Assembly (NCBI GenBank): GCA_028873515.1
Contig: JAGWIG010000011.1
Location: 2,991 to 66,990, forward strand
Source: Pseudomonadota bacterium
GTDB taxonomy: Bacteria; Pseudomonadota; Gammaproteobacteria; Burkholderiales; REEB80
Length of the DNA: 64,000 bases
Direction: 5' to 3'
Shown here: positions 63,468-64,000 of the stretch, one piece after another
Numbering within the stretch: position 1 is the stretch's first letter
Layout of the letters: each line of letters starts with the position of its first letter
Program-made: the position numbers and the translations under genes
Notes under the pieces: model-generated
Told to the model about the DNA's origin: nothing
The model's input: only the letters and a program-made list of their open reading frames with translations
Databases searched by the model: none

Positions 63468-64000
63468 GTTAGCTAAAGCGCTAGAAACTCACGTAAATGA
63501 AATATTGGCCATGACACGCTATAAGGATTTCTGCCCCAATGGCCTTCAGGTAGAAGGCCGCTCAAATGTCCAGCATATTGTAACAGGTGTAACGGCAAAT
63601 ATGGAGTTACTGGTAAAGGCTGTTGAAATACAGGCTGATGCTGTACTGGTACATCACGGATATTTCTGGAAAGGGGAAGGGGACAGCATTATTGGAATGA
63701 AACGAGAACGTATCGCTTTTCTTCTTAAACATAATCTTAATCTTTTTGCCTGGCATCTGCCGTTGGATGCCCATCCTGAACTGGGGAACAATATCCAGTT
63801 GGCAAAAAAAGCTGGTTGGGAAGTGCATGGCCGGTTCGGGGATCAGGAAATCGGGTTGTATGGACGGATGGGTAATGCGATGACCGCGGAAGAACTATCA
63901 CTCCACCTGGAGAGGATACTGCAGCGCAAGCCATTGCTCGTTGGACTGAGCAACCGCAGGATAAGCCGAATTGCATGGTGTACAGGTGCGGCCCAGGGAT
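63466..64000 (+). CDS. Nif3-like dinuclear metal center protein (YbgI family); N-terminal 178 codons, runs off the right edge
   Basis: Hand translation gives MLAKALETHVNEILAMTRYKDFCPNGLQVEG...VLVHHGYFWKGE...WHLPLDAHPELGNN, colinear with E. coli YbgI. SD GGAAGAG lies upstream. Not in the ORF track because it is edge-truncated. Confidence 0.88.
   Translation, partial: MLAKALETHVNEILAMTRYKDFCPNGLQVEGRSNVQHIVTGVTANMELLVKAVEIQADAVLVHHGYFWKGEGDSIIGMKRERIAFLLKHNLNLFAWHLPLDAHPELGNNIQLAKKAGWEVHGRFGDQEIGLYGRMGNAMTAEELSLHLERILQRKPLLVGLSNRRISRIAWCTGAAQG

Overview
This 64-kb window is a compact, almost entirely core-genome chromosomal segment. Gene content and synteny look betaproteobacterial (Nitrosomonadales/Gallionellaceae-like), but that is inference from gene order, since no search could be run. 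I support about 75 CDS, one tRNA-Phe, one pseudogene, one clear terminator and a few regulatory sites. The main blocks are:
- prmC-prfA-hemA
- groES-groEL
- bioA and dacB
- ubiC-ubiA-ubiD
- recG
- ridA-spoT-rpoZ-gmk
- yicC/rph-rdgB-hemW
- glcDEF
- trmB-thiG-thiS
- phoB, mutY and ubiX
- kdsD-kdsC-lptC-lptA-lptB-rpoN-hpf-ptsN-hprK-rapZ
- mlaFED/mlaCB plus an ABC-2 exporter, ibaG and murA
- hisGDCBHAFIE, a HIT gene, tatABC, a DegS/AlgW-like protease and a Nif3-like gene

I saw no transposases, integrases, CRISPR arrays, rRNA or recognisable defence genes.

The only accessory-looking stretch is the left ~4.2 kb. It holds a secreted 465-aa protein with a single N-terminal CXXCH followed by a beta-barrel-like body, which I read as a candidate Cyc2-like fused cytochrome-porin. 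This gene is translationally linked to a c4-type cytochrome c that runs off the left edge. It is preceded by a perfect FNR-consensus box at class II promoter spacing. This candidate O2-responsive extracellular electron-transfer module is the best lead in the window, and it rests on motifs only.

Other points worth a second look:
- a decayed, truncated pstS next to an intact phoB that has no phoR
- an unlisted 42-aa entericidin-type lipoprotein gene
- a CIRCE operator in the groES/bioA divergent region
- an ORF-free gap between mlaD and mlaC
- two divergent genes whose start codons share a single CATG

I found no convincing evidence for a wholly novel multi-gene system elsewhere in the window.
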